DNA of 37,431 nt, taken from IMG/VR virus record IMGVR_UViG_3300002091_000013, positions 1 to 37,431 of that record; one strand, given 5' to 3'. Of this stretch, positions 8,179 to 16,518 are shown piece by piece; positions within the stretch are counted from its first letter, which is position 1; every line of letters begins with the position of its first letter. The notes below the pieces were generated by a model. The model had not been told where the DNA came from. It made no database searches and was given only the letters and a program-made list of their open reading frames with translations. Position numbers and translations under genes: made by a program. Origin of the DNA: a virus.

Positions 8179-9341
8179 TGGCTATTATAAGTGCAAGTCG
8201 TGACTGGGGTACTACTGGTCCAAATATCGTTCGAATCACTGCTACTAACACATTAGCTGAAATGGCGGCTTCTGGTTATGTGACTACTCAAGCTGATGAA
8301 TTAGCAGCTTTGAATAGCGGAACATGGGAATGGGTAGTTGGTGATTTAATCGCTGCTGCGGCATCTGATGGTTCTGAGTTTTTCCGTTTTGATGGTGATG
8401 ATTTCACTACTTTCATTCAATTGCCTGGTGGTAATGGTGAAGTAACATTACCCGTAGTTGCAAATGACTTTGTAGTATTTGATGGCACATTAGGTGCTTT
8501 GAAAGACTTAGGGTTTTCTGCTTCTGATGCTAGTAAAACACGCGTAGTAATGGCCGGTTCTGCGGTTCAGGTTGGCTATATTGCTCACTTCGTAGATACT
8601 GCTGGTACTATTGATGATACTGCTGGTGCGGTTATCAACGCTGGTAATATCCAAGCTGGTTTAAGTGGTACTGCTGGTACTTTGATATCTTTCCCTGCTA
8701 CTGCTGCTAACGGTTCTTTGATCGTAGCTGCTGTAAATGCTGGTGGTGCTTTCAATACTACAATCAGTAACGCTGCGTCTGTTGGCCAATCTCAGGTAAT
8801 TTCTATTCCTGATTCTGGTGCTTCAACTGCTAACTTCATCCTGTCTAAACTGACTGGTACACAACATATTACTGTTGGCGCTTTTGGTGTAGATGCTGGA
8901 GCTATCTCAAGTGGCTTGTCTACTGGCGGATTTGTTGGTTTAATTACAGCATTCCCAACTACTGCTACTTCTGGCTCTATCGCTTTACGCGGTGCGGTCA
9001 ACGGTACTGGTAACTTTGGTACTATCATTAGCAATGCTACTACACAAGCACAAGCACAAGTAATCACTGTGCCTGATGTTGGAGCTGCTACTGGTGCGTT
9101 CGTTGTTACTCCTACAGCGTTCGTTATGAAATCTGTAGCTGGTGCCGCTGCTGCCGGTGGTGCTGCTGCTCAATCATTCACTGATGCCTTCTGTACTTCA
9201 GGAAGCAACGTGATTGGTAACTGGAACACACAAGCAAATGCTGTATCTGTACTTAAAATCGTACCAGGTAACGGTTCATTTGTTGTAACAAGCTCAGGTG
9301 ATGCCGGAGTGGGTACTTTCAACTACATAATTACTAAGTAA
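8178..9341 (+). CDS. Fibre-like structural protein, 387 aa, probably abundant
   Basis: Contains two tandem ~55-aa modules (FPATAANGSLIVAAVNAGGAFNTTISNA..VISIPDSGASTANFIL and FPTTATSGSIALRGAVNGTGNFGTIISNA..VITVPDVGAATGAFVV). One copy of this module also occurs in the 4199 gene. GCT/GGT/ACT-biased codons resemble the capsid gene. A strong terminator follows. Confidence 0.75.
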   Translation: MAIISASRDWGTTGPNIVRITATNTLAEMAASGYVTTQADELAALNSGTWEWVVGDLIAAAASDGSEFFRFDGDDFTTFIQLPGGNGEVTLPVVANDFVVFDGTLGALKDLGFSASDASKTRVVMAGSAVQVGYIAHFVDTAGTIDDTAGAVINAGNIQAGLSGTAGTLISFPATAANGSLIVAAVNAGGAFNTTISNAASVGQSQVISIPDSGASTANFILSKLTGTQHITVGAFGVDAGAISSGLSTGGFVGLITAFPTTATSGSIALRGAVNGTGNFGTIISNATTQAQAQVITVPDVGAATGAFVVTPTAFVMKSVAGAAAAGGAAAQSFTDAFCTSGSNVIGNWNTQANAVSVLKIVPGNGSFVVTSSGDAGVGTFNYIITK

Positions 9342-9362
9342 TGTGAGTTGAATTTCAATGGT

Positions 9363-9397
9363 AAGTGCCCTATCTAAAGAATAGGGCACTTTATTTT
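9363..9397 (+). terminator. Rho-independent terminator
   Basis: AGTGCCCTA (9364-9372) pairs with TAGGGCACT (9382-9390) across a 9-nt loop, followed by TTATTTT. Confidence 0.8.
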
Positions 9398-9410
9398 ATG
9401 GAGATAGGAA

Positions 9411-9629
9411 ATGCTTGCAGATTTAAAAGGTCGTGTTGAAACTATTGAAAAAGCAATTGGTGAGTTAGTTGCCAACCATAGAGATTTGTTAGTAAGATTG
9501 GATGAAGCTAAATATCTTTTAGACTTCTTCACCAAGGCTGCTGAGATAGTAGCGCCTGATAGTGCGGTGACGGAAATTCTGGAAGCAGGGCAGACATTAA
9601 TCGAGAATGTACAAGAACCCCAGGCTTGA
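9411..9629 (+). CDS. Hypothetical protein, 72 aa, predicted helical, no TM segment
   Basis: RBS GGAG upstream. Lies immediately before the endolysin gene. No hydrophobic stretch, so not called a holin. Confidence 0.5.
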   Translation: MLADLKGRVETIEKAIGELVANHRDLLVRLDEAKYLLDFFTKAAEIVAPDSAVTEILEAGQTLIENVQEPQA

Positions 9630-10032
9630 ACAGAAGATTGAAGCACACGAAGGCAAGAAACGATTTGTCTATTTAGACTCATTGAAAATTGCCACCATTG
9701 GTATTGGGCGTGCTATTGCGCCTGGTACTAATGGTCTATCGGATGATGAATGTTATTATCTATTGAGAAATGACATTGATAGGGTTTATCAATCTTTAAA
9801 AGATTATGATTGGTTCAGCAAACAGAATGATGTTATCCAAGGCGTCTTAATAGAACTTGGATTTAATATCGGTATTAATGGATTATTAGCATTTAAAAAG
9901 ATGATCGCAGCTCTCCAGAAGGATGACTACGATACCGCATCTAAAGAAATGTTAGATAGCAAATGGGCTTCTCAGGTAGGCAATACTCGAAGCACCGATA
10001 TGGCGGATAGGATGAGGCTAGGAAGATATTGA
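9607..10032 (+). CDS. Endolysin, GH24 (T4-type) lysozyme
   Basis: EAHEGKKRFVYLDSLKIATIGIGR carries the E-x8-D-x5-T catalytic signature and the TIGIG motif of phage lysozymes. Confidence 0.85.
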   Translation: MYKNPRLEQKIEAHEGKKRFVYLDSLKIATIGIGRAIAPGTNGLSDDECYYLLRNDIDRVYQSLKDYDWFSKQNDVIQGVLIELGFNIGINGLLAFKKMIAALQKDDYDTASKEMLDSKWASQVGNTRSTDMADRMRLGRY

Positions 10033-10391
10033 AAGTCGGCGAAGAAACCATTATTCAAATTCAAATCGTACAACAATTACGTAAGTACAAAATACCACAC
10101 TATCATTTCGTTAATGAAGGCAAAAGAACGCCACAGAATGCTAGTTTATTAAAGAAAATGGGGATGACAAGCGGGGTTCATGACTTATTTATGCCTCGTG
10201 GAAATCAAACTTTCAAAGGATTGTGGCTAGAAATTAAAACTTTGAAGGGTAAAGTGCTGCCAACACAGCTACAATTCGCAAATGACATGATTCAAGAAGG
10301 CTATGCGGCTTATATTACGTACGGTTATGATGAAAGTCTTAGTATCATTAAGAGCTTTTACAGTATTAGGGATCAAACAACTTCCGTTTAA
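10029..10391 (+). CDS. VRR-NUC domain nuclease, TTG start
   Basis: GVHDLFM...GLWLEIKTLKGKVLPTQLQF fits a PD-(D/E)xK core (D ... E-x-K) followed by the Q motif typical of VRR-NUC. Confidence 0.7.
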   Translation: MKVGEETIIQIQIVQQLRKYKIPHYHFVNEGKRTPQNASLLKKMGMTSGVHDLFMPRGNQTFKGLWLEIKTLKGKVLPTQLQFANDMIQEGYAAYITYGYDESLSIIKSFYSIRDQTTSV

Positions 10392-12081
10392 TTTGTAAAA
10401 TATGCTGTTCGTTGTGTACACATTCAATAACGCGTGGAACAATCATATCATTTTGATCAAACAATCCTCGAATATAATCTATATCCTGAATATGAGCATA
10501 ATGTTCATAACTATCATCAAAATGTTTCTTGATGAAATTACCATAGAAGACATTTGATGCCCGATCATTTGAGATGTAATAGCTTTCATAAATACTGTGG
10601 GGAAGACCACTGACTGGATGATATGCTTTATACTCAATTTGAACGAACGGATAACCTCGGTCATGAATCTTCCAATTCATTGTAGCCACAGTAAACGGAA
10701 TCTCTAGCGGCTTAATCTTCTCGAGCTTGGCATTTGGGTCAATAAGCTCATAGGCACAATTACGACAATGACGTGATGTAATATCATTCTCTGTTTGGCA
10801 GCCAGGGCATTCTTTCCATTCAAAGAAGTGATCGCATCGCTTATTATCAACGACACCTCGGCAACGTCTGGCGGTTACTTTGTTTAAGGTATTACAGGTA
10901 TAACAGGGAATGCAATAATTTGGGTCACCCTCAGCCATTCGTTTCTGTGCTTCGTTGATTATAGGGTTGTCAATGTCACCGTGGCGGTCGATGTTTCCGG
11001 AATAATCAAGGATGAGGGCCTGCTCCTTTCCTGGGGACAGGCGCAAGACTCGTCCGATCCCTTGAATGTAGAGGATGAGAGACTCTGTAGGGCGACACCA
11101 AACGCAAATATCGTAAGCAGGAACATCGATACCAACCATAAGGCAATTAACACTAATAAGATATTTAATGCTACCGTTCTGAGCCTCCATAAGAATCTTT
11201 TGACGCTCATCATGGGGCGTATCTCCTGTAATAATTGCAGCTTCACCTTGTGGTAACGCTCTTAAACATTCATCGCAATGCTTAACGGTAGCCGCAAAGA
11301 TAAAAGCACCATGATGCTTCCCTTTCTCGCGAACTTCAACTACCTCGCGCATGATTTCGCCCGTGAGTCGTTCGTTCTGTGAAAGGGCTTGCTCTAAATC
11401 CTTATGTCGAAATTTTCCAGTATTTTCGACATGAACATCGGTAAAGTCGATGGCATCAACATATGTTATTCCATAAGATGGCTTTGTTAGATATCCCTGT
11501 TCAATGAGCCATGGAGCAGTAATAGTGGAAACTGCTTCTTTAAAGAACTGTTCTTCACCGACTATGTAATCGCCTTTACCTCGGTATGGTGTTCCGGTCA
11601 AACCTACGATACGATAATTATAACCATCTGTTTGAGCCTTCAAACGATAATGCAACCAAATTCTCATAAACATCGAGGAGTTATCATGTGGGCTAACATT
11701 GTGCGCTTCATCAATAACTATCAGATTAAATGGTTGCCGGCTGATCTCACTTTCCTTGCTGATACCTTTGCAAATGGAATGTGGGCTAGCGAATATCACC
11801 AGTTCTTTATAGGACTTGGATTTCAACCCAGCACAGTAAATACCGCAGTTTCCACCTTGGAGCTTATACGTATCGGCATTTTGCTTTACCAAAGAACTAT
11901 TGAGCGTGAGGCAGAGAACCCGATAGTCATAGCGCTCGAGCCAGAGAAGAAGCTCGGCGATGATAACGCTCTTCCCCCCACCGACAGAGATGTTAAGTAG
12001 AAGGGGTTCGATCGTGGCTTTGAGCCTCTTCTTTAAATTGTCTAATGCTTCTTGCTGATATGGCCTAAGTATTTTGGTCAT
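10366..12081 (-). CDS. SF2 DEAH-box DNA helicase with C-terminal zinc-ribbon region
   Basis: Motif I VGGGKS, motif II VIDEAHNV, motif III GLTGTPYRG, motif VI QGIGRVLR. CxxC clusters follow (CIPCYTC..., CPGCQ...CRNC). Confidence 0.9.
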   Translation of the reverse strand: MTKILRPYQQEALDNLKKRLKATIEPLLLNISVGGGKSVIIAELLLWLERYDYRVLCLTLNSSLVKQNADTYKLQGGNCGIYCAGLKSKSYKELVIFASPHSICKGISKESEISRQPFNLIVIDEAHNVSPHDNSSMFMRIWLHYRLKAQTDGYNYRIVGLTGTPYRGKGDYIVGEEQFFKEAVSTITAPWLIEQGYLTKPSYGITYVDAIDFTDVHVENTGKFRHKDLEQALSQNERLTGEIMREVVEVREKGKHHGAFIFAATVKHCDECLRALPQGEAAIITGDTPHDERQKILMEAQNGSIKYLISVNCLMVGIDVPAYDICVWCRPTESLILYIQGIGRVLRLSPGKEQALILDYSGNIDRHGDIDNPIINEAQKRMAEGDPNYCIPCYTCNTLNKVTARRCRGVVDNKRCDHFFEWKECPGCQTENDITSRHCRNCAYELIDPNAKLEKIKPLEIPFTVATMNWKIHDRGYPFVQIEYKAYHPVSGLPHSIYESYYISNDRASNVFYGNFIKKHFDDSYEHYAHIQDIDYIRGLFDQNDMIVPRVIECVHNEQHILQIKRKLFDP

Positions 12082-12263
12082 CTATGCCCGCTATTAGAGT
12101 CACGAACACCTTGCTGAATACCCAATTGATATTGGTTTCTTAACTCCATAGCAAGCCCCATCAAATTGGTTATTTTATCTTTGGTGTTGGCATTAATTAT
12201 ATCTTCCGCAGTCTTATACCAATATGACCAATCATCTTTTGCTGGCAGTTTCTCATCGGTCAC
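12078..12263 (-). CDS. Hypothetical protein, 61 aa
   Basis: ORF with 4-nt overlaps to both neighbours. Confidence 0.5.
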   Translation of the reverse strand: MTDEKLPAKDDWSYWYKTAEDIINANTKDKITNLMGLAMELRNQYQLGIQQGVRDSNSGHR

Positions 12264-12460
12264 TCAACATCTCCATACTTTAAACTATTACGTAACACAT
12301 CAAGGACCCATTGGTAACCCATGATCTCACCAGCATAGCGACCTTGTTCAAAACGATTAAGCTCACTCAATCTTTCGGCGAGCAGCTCCAAAGTACAATG
12401 CTTTTCTTCGGCAATCACATCACGTAATTCTTCAAATGTTTTTACAGTCCCACAATACAT
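12260..12460 (-). CDS. Hypothetical protein, 66 aa
   Basis: ORF in the operon with a 4-nt overlap to the downstream gene. Confidence 0.5.
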   Translation of the reverse strand: MYCGTVKTFEELRDVIAEEKHCTLELLAERLSELNRFEQGRYAGEIMGYQWVLDVLRNSLKYGDVE

Positions 12461-12467
12461 AGATCAC

Positions 12468-12773
12468 CTACCCATATTTGGCTTGAAACTCTTCCTCGGT
12501 AACTTCTATTGTATCGCCTAAACGCCTAACGTAAATACCACTTCCACATGAGTCATCAGGATATGGAGGGGTGTGGAACCATGTTTGAATGGCAGCCATC
12601 CAATCAGCTCGACAGCGCTTACAAACTCTTAACGTATAATATTTCGCGGGTACATCCGGGGTATATTGAATCTCAAATGGAACTTCCAGTTCATTCATTT
12701 CATAAAAGCATCTCATCCACAGCGTTCTTCGGTCTTCATCCACTTCTTTGCAACGCACGCACTCTTCCATCAT
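12468..12773 (-). CDS. Hypothetical Cys-pair protein, 101 aa
   Basis: CVRC ... CKRC suggests a zinc-binding fold. 4-nt overlap with the upstream gene. Confidence 0.5.
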   Translation of the reverse strand: MMEECVRCKEVDEDRRTLWMRCFYEMNELEVPFEIQYTPDVPAKYYTLRVCKRCRADWMAAIQTWFHTPPYPDDSCGSGIYVRRLGDTIEVTEEEFQAKYG

Positions 12774-13078
12774 CTGTCCTTTAAATTATTTATAGCATCT
12801 TTGTATTTATTCAGAACTTTATCGCCTGCTTCTTTAACTTCCGCGGCTGACGCATAGTTAAAAGGTTTTGAATATTGTAGTGAGAGATAAAGAAACTCTT
12901 CTACTTTTTTCAGCCGGTCATCTAAATCGAGAATGCGCATGTGATCTTGGAAATGATTCTTGGCATCTTCATAATCACGTGTTAGTCGGCGCCAATGAAA
13001 GCGCGCCGCAAAAACAATCATGGAAGCTCCGAAGAAACCGCCTAGAACACCAGCGAAAATACAATCAACTTCGTTCAT
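12770..13078 (-). CDS. Membrane-anchored hypothetical protein, 102 aa
   Basis: Internal Met of track ORF 12770..13129, chosen because GGAGG lies 6 nt upstream. N-terminal hydrophobic segment CIFAGVLGGFFGASMIVFAA. Confidence 0.5.
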   Translation of the reverse strand: MNEVDCIFAGVLGGFFGASMIVFAARFHWRRLTRDYEDAKNHFQDHMRILDLDDRLKKVEEFLYLSLQYSKPFNYASAAEVKEAGDKVLNKYKDAINNLKDR

Positions 13079-13751
13079 CTTTGGCCTCCGAGTGACAAAT
13101 CTTCTTATATTTGCAACGTTGGCACGCATAATACCAAGGAGAATTGTTAATTTTATCGGGTGCTTCTTCCATTTTAGATATCATTTGGGCCTTGGATTTT
13201 AGCTCATGATAGAAAATATCATCGTATTTTACCCATTCCATACGCCAATCGCTGTTATTTTTGTTAATTACACAAAATAACGTGTCTTTTAATCCTTTCA
13301 TGCCCATGTAAGATTGCACTTGCGCATAGTAAACAGGTGACCAAACTTTCACACCACCTTCTTCCTTGGCGTACTTCTCAAAACGCTCAGCCTTGGCGGT
13401 TTTAATCTCTAAAACCACAGGCAATGACTCACCTATGTAGAGCAAACCATCCATATGACCACGAAATAATTCTATATCTTCATCAACACAGAACAAATAA
13501 TCATTGTCACTACATGGCGTATCAACTCTAAATCCAGCTGAAATAATGTAATCGATCACCATTCCTTCTAAACGGCGACCGATTTCCATTGTTCTCTCTT
13601 CCTGTGCCGTCAATGCCATTCCTTCTATGGCATGATAATCATACCAAATAGCACGAGTACAGGTTTTGCCGATGCCACTGGCGCCAATGTAGCGCCGTGG
13701 TTCGTGCTTTAATTGCAAAATCGCTTCATCTACTAATTTAGCTAAATCCAT
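13065..13751 (-). CDS. Cas4/RecB-like PD-(D/E)xK exonuclease with Fe-S cysteines
   Basis: HMDGLLY ... VLEIKT ... YYAQVQSY form the nuclease core. One N-terminal Cys (GKTCTRA) plus C-terminal C-x2-C-x5-C (CQRCKYKKIC) match Cas4-type 4Fe-4S ligands. Confidence 0.75.
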   Translation of the reverse strand: MDLAKLVDEAILQLKHEPRRYIGASGIGKTCTRAIWYDYHAIEGMALTAQEERTMEIGRRLEGMVIDYIISAGFRVDTPCSDNDYLFCVDEDIELFRGHMDGLLYIGESLPVVLEIKTAKAERFEKYAKEEGGVKVWSPVYYAQVQSYMGMKGLKDTLFCVINKNNSDWRMEWVKYDDIFYHELKSKAQMISKMEEAPDKINNSPWYYACQRCKYKKICHSEAKDERS

Positions 13752-13764
13752 TTATCACCTCTGA

Positions 13765-14286
13765 TCAGAAAGGCACGTCGTCTAAATCTAGACTGGGAGT
13801 ACCGGGAGTTTTATTACGACTTAATGCTGAATCAAATAGGCCTTCTGGAGCATAAGAAGATTCGTGGACTTCTTCTAGTGAATTACGTTTCTTGCCGTCT
13901 TTACCAACATACATTCCGATTTTAATCGTACACAAAGAACCTTGCATTGGTGCCAAATCGGCATTAGTAGGTGCGTTGCTATGTGTTGGTTGATGACTAC
14001 ATAATTTGTATATACGCATTAACATATTCTTTGCTTTTTCAGCTCGTTCGGGATCTTTATCAAAAGCGAATATATTCTGGAATATTTGTCGATTCTTAAA
14101 ATCACCATCGGCTATCTTCCACTTAACTTGATAACGTGGATCAAATCCATCATTTTCAGATAACTCAAATGACTGAATCATAGCAACTGCTATCGTGCCA
14201 TCTGGAATGGGAGTAAATCCGCCACTAAAAGAATCTTCAGCGCTACCTGTTAATGTTTTACCTGCTTGACCTTGCCAAAACGACAT
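13765..14286 (-). CDS. DUF669-type SSB-like protein
   Basis: Acidic C-terminal tail DLDDVPF resembles the SSB tip (DDDIPF). Its position between a Sak4-type ATPase and a nuclease is typical of DUF669 proteins. Confidence 0.6.
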   Translation of the reverse strand: MSFWQGQAGKTLTGSAEDSFSGGFTPIPDGTIAVAMIQSFELSENDGFDPRYQVKWKIADGDFKNRQIFQNIFAFDKDPERAEKAKNMLMRIYKLCSHQPTHSNAPTNADLAPMQGSLCTIKIGMYVGKDGKKRNSLEEVHESSYAPEGLFDSALSRNKTPGTPSLDLDDVPF

Positions 14287-14296
14287 AATTTAACTC

Positions 14297-14602
14297 CTAA
14301 TGTGAATATAATTGTACTAAATAAGACTGAATGGCATGTTTCCCTAACTCTGAGACAAGATTCATATAGTAATTGTCGCGTTGTTCTTTGTTAGGGATTT
14401 CCATACCTTTCACCATGTTGATCAAGATGGTGTTCATCATCGTTGAGCAAATAGTTCCGTAATACTCGGCAGCGTGATTCTCAAGAATATCGTGATCTAC
14501 AACCTTAGAATCTTCTTGGATAACTTTTAGCAATTTCATACAAGTTTCATGCGCTGACTTAAAAACAGGATTTTGCATGAACTCATCACTCACCTTTATC
14601 AT
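14297..14602 (-). CDS. Hypothetical protein, 101 aa
   Basis: ORF in the operon, overlapping the upstream gene end. Confidence 0.5.
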   Translation of the reverse strand: MIKVSDEFMQNPVFKSAHETCMKLLKVIQEDSKVVDHDILENHAAEYYGTICSTMMNTILINMVKGMEIPNKEQRDNYYMNLVSELGKHAIQSYLVQLYSH

Positions 14603-15365
14603 TCTTCAATCCTTTGTAAAATGGGATATATTTAGCTAATGAATCGAAGTTCATAGGGATAGAAGCAGGCATATTAAACCTGTTCTTGCTCACGTGAACG
14701 TCATTCATACCAGCCGAAATAACTCGGTCTTCTGTGCTTTTAACAATCGTTCTACCAGAATCAGTTTCAAGCGTATGAGACTTAAGCTTGCAATAAAGTA
14801 CCGCATCAACGTCATCGATGTAAACGATTCGAGATTTATCGGAGTTCATGACAATCGACAAAATGTCATAGTCTTCAGCTTCTGGTGATTTGAATTTCTT
14901 GATCTCAAGATGTGAAATATAGATAACAGTCACCCCACGTTCTTTAAACTTATCAAATTGAGATTTCAGTGCGCGATGCAAACTAGCAGCTTTCTCAAAA
15001 CCAGCACCATAACCACCAAAAGCTTGTGCTATCGTTTTTGCTGGCTGCTTATCTTTGCCAGGAGGGCTTTGTTCAATGGTATATTCAACTATCAACGCAT
15101 CAAGCTTACTAATACTATCGATTACAAGCGTTCTAAATGGCAATTCCTCTAGTGCTAATAACGCCTTCACGTTATCCCACATCTCAATGAACTTATGAAC
15201 AATAGGCAGCGCTTGAATGCCTGGTAGCTCATTGTCTTCAGTTAATAGGAATAAGGGATCGGGGAACTGGCTAGCTAAGGTTGATTTTCCAATACCAGGA
15301 CGACCATAAATAGTTATCCTTGGTGCCCGTGACACCGTTGTAAATACGCTATCTAATACACTCAT
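14586..15365 (-). CDS. Sak4-like RecA-fold ATPase (AAA_24 type)
   Basis: Walker A YGRPGIGKST and Walker B-like LVIDSI. Start moved to the Met giving an ATGA overlap with the HNH stop. Confidence 0.8.
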   Translation of the reverse strand: MSVLDSVFTTVSRAPRITIYGRPGIGKSTLASQFPDPLFLLTEDNELPGIQALPIVHKFIEMWDNVKALLALEELPFRTLVIDSISKLDALIVEYTIEQSPPGKDKQPAKTIAQAFGGYGAGFEKAASLHRALKSQFDKFKERGVTVIYISHLEIKKFKSPEAEDYDILSIVMNSDKSRIVYIDDVDAVLYCKLKSHTLETDSGRTIVKSTEDRVISAGMNDVHVSKNRFNMPASIPMNFDSLAKYIPFYKGLKNDKGE

Positions 15366-15841
15366 GATACATGCTTCCAATTTCGACCATGTTTAATATT
15401 ACCAATCATTGGCCTCGTTACTTTATACATATCAGCAATTTTGTACATGCTAATTCCTTTTGCCAACATCCCTTTAATTTCTATCACTTGAGTTTCATTT
15501 AATTTAGCCTGATTATTCAATTCACCACGAAACACAGGAGGTTTTTTCATTCTTCCTTTCTTCCGTGCGTCAATAAGATTTTCAAGTTGAGTTCCAATTG
15601 ACAAATGAGAAGGAGCTAAACACAAGGGATTGTCACAAGAGTGAATCACGCACAGCCCAGTAGGAATTGCGCCAACAAATAACTCATACGAGTATCTATG
15701 GGCCTTAATGGTTTGGCTTCCAAATCTTGAAAATTGACCATAGCCAGCAGTTGTTAGGCTATTGCCAATCCAATTCATACATCCATTCTCATTGGGTAAT
15801 GAGACTTTTGCGTAAAATCTATTTTTTATATAATCCCTCAT
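15362..15841 (-). CDS. HNH homing endonuclease
   Basis: GCMNWIG...GYGQF...KAHRYSYE...VIHSCDNPLCLAPSHLSIGTQLEN is the HNH_3 pattern. A C-terminal helix-turn-helix-like tail follows. Confidence 0.85.
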   Translation of the reverse strand: MRDYIKNRFYAKVSLPNENGCMNWIGNSLTTAGYGQFSRFGSQTIKAHRYSYELFVGAIPTGLCVIHSCDNPLCLAPSHLSIGTQLENLIDARKKGRMKKPPVFRGELNNQAKLNETQVIEIKGMLAKGISMYKIADMYKVTRPMIGNIKHGRNWKHVS

Positions 15842-15966
15842 ATAACTCCTTGTATTTCTAATACGGCCATATCTCCATTGTAATAAGGATATGGGTCGTC
15901 ATCAGGTAACTCTGGCTGCGTAGCACAGCCAGAGAGTATTAAACATATTAATAACAATTTACGCAT
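15838..15966 (-). CDS. Micro-lipoprotein, 42 aa (not in ORF track)
   Basis: Product MRKLLLICLILSGCATQPELPDDDPYPYYNGDMAVLEIQGVI has lipobox LSGC. Its start overlaps the upstream stop (ATGCGTAA) and its stop overlaps the HNH start (ATGA). Confidence 0.6.
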   Translation of the reverse strand: MRKLLLICLILSGCATQPELPDDDPYPYYNGDMAVLEIQGVI

Positions 15967-16405
15967 TGGCCTCGATGCTCACATAAGGTTTGGCAGGAGT
16001 TTTGACAATGAATTGCTGAACTAACCCCTTATCGTCGTCTGAACCATATTTTTCAACGTCTTTAAGGAGTTTATTATTAATGGACAGAGAAATCTTCTCT
16101 ACGACAGGATTAAATTCATGACGTAAAATACATTTAACAATTTCATATTCTTCTTTGTTGACGGATATATTATAATCTGTTTTGATTTTAAACTTATATT
16201 TGCCCACGACATGTTGTTTTAAGCCTTCATGGCTCATGTCAGTCATAATATATTTGCCTTCATCATCGGTTATGAACTTGGCTCTGCCCATCGCTTCAAT
16301 TAACTGACGCTCTAGCTTCGCTTTGATATCGACTAATTCAGCAATTTGATAGTTTACTAGATTTATAGTCTTCAATGTATCTTCAATAGTATGTTGGTTT
16401 TCCAT
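15959..16405 (-). CDS. Hypothetical coiled-coil protein, 148 aa (possibly Gp157-like by position)
   Basis: First gene of the leftward operon with RBS AAGAGG. The Gp157 suggestion rests only on synteny with Sak4 modules. Confidence 0.55.
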   Translation of the reverse strand: MENQHTIEDTLKTINLVNYQIAELVDIKAKLERQLIEAMGRAKFITDDEGKYIMTDMSHEGLKQHVVGKYKFKIKTDYNISVNKEEYEIVKCILRHEFNPVVEKISLSINNKLLKDVEKYGSDDDKGLVQQFIVKTPAKPYVSIEANA

Positions 16406-16463
16406 TTATAACCTCTTTCGTTTTGTTATCAACTTCGTCGGTATTGACGTACAGATAGTATAT

Positions 16464-16485
16464 GGTCAATTTGTTGACCGGTCAA
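16464..16485. promoter_or_regulatory. Palindromic operator GGTCAA-TTTG-TTGACC-GGTCAA
   Basis: GGTCAA (16464-69) and TTGACC (16474-79) are inverted repeats. TTGACCGGTCAA (16474-85) is a perfect 12-bp palindrome. Confidence 0.6.
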
Positions 16486-16502
16486 GTAGTTTATGTTAAA
16501 TT
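16474..16502 (+). promoter_or_regulatory. Sigma70-like rightward early promoter
   Basis: TTGACC, 17-nt spacer, TAAATT. RBS GAGGTG and the ATG at 16519 follow. Confidence 0.55.
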
Positions 16503-16518
16503 ATTGCTGAGGTGAAAT

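Noticed and set aside
9411-9629. Calling the ORF upstream of the endolysin a holin
   Set aside because: The product has no hydrophobic transmembrane stretch. Position alone is insufficient.
9374-9682. 102-aa minus-strand ORF across the terminator and the start of the endolysin gene
   Set aside because: It overlaps a clear terminator and two plus-strand genes in an all-plus late operon. There are no initiation signals.
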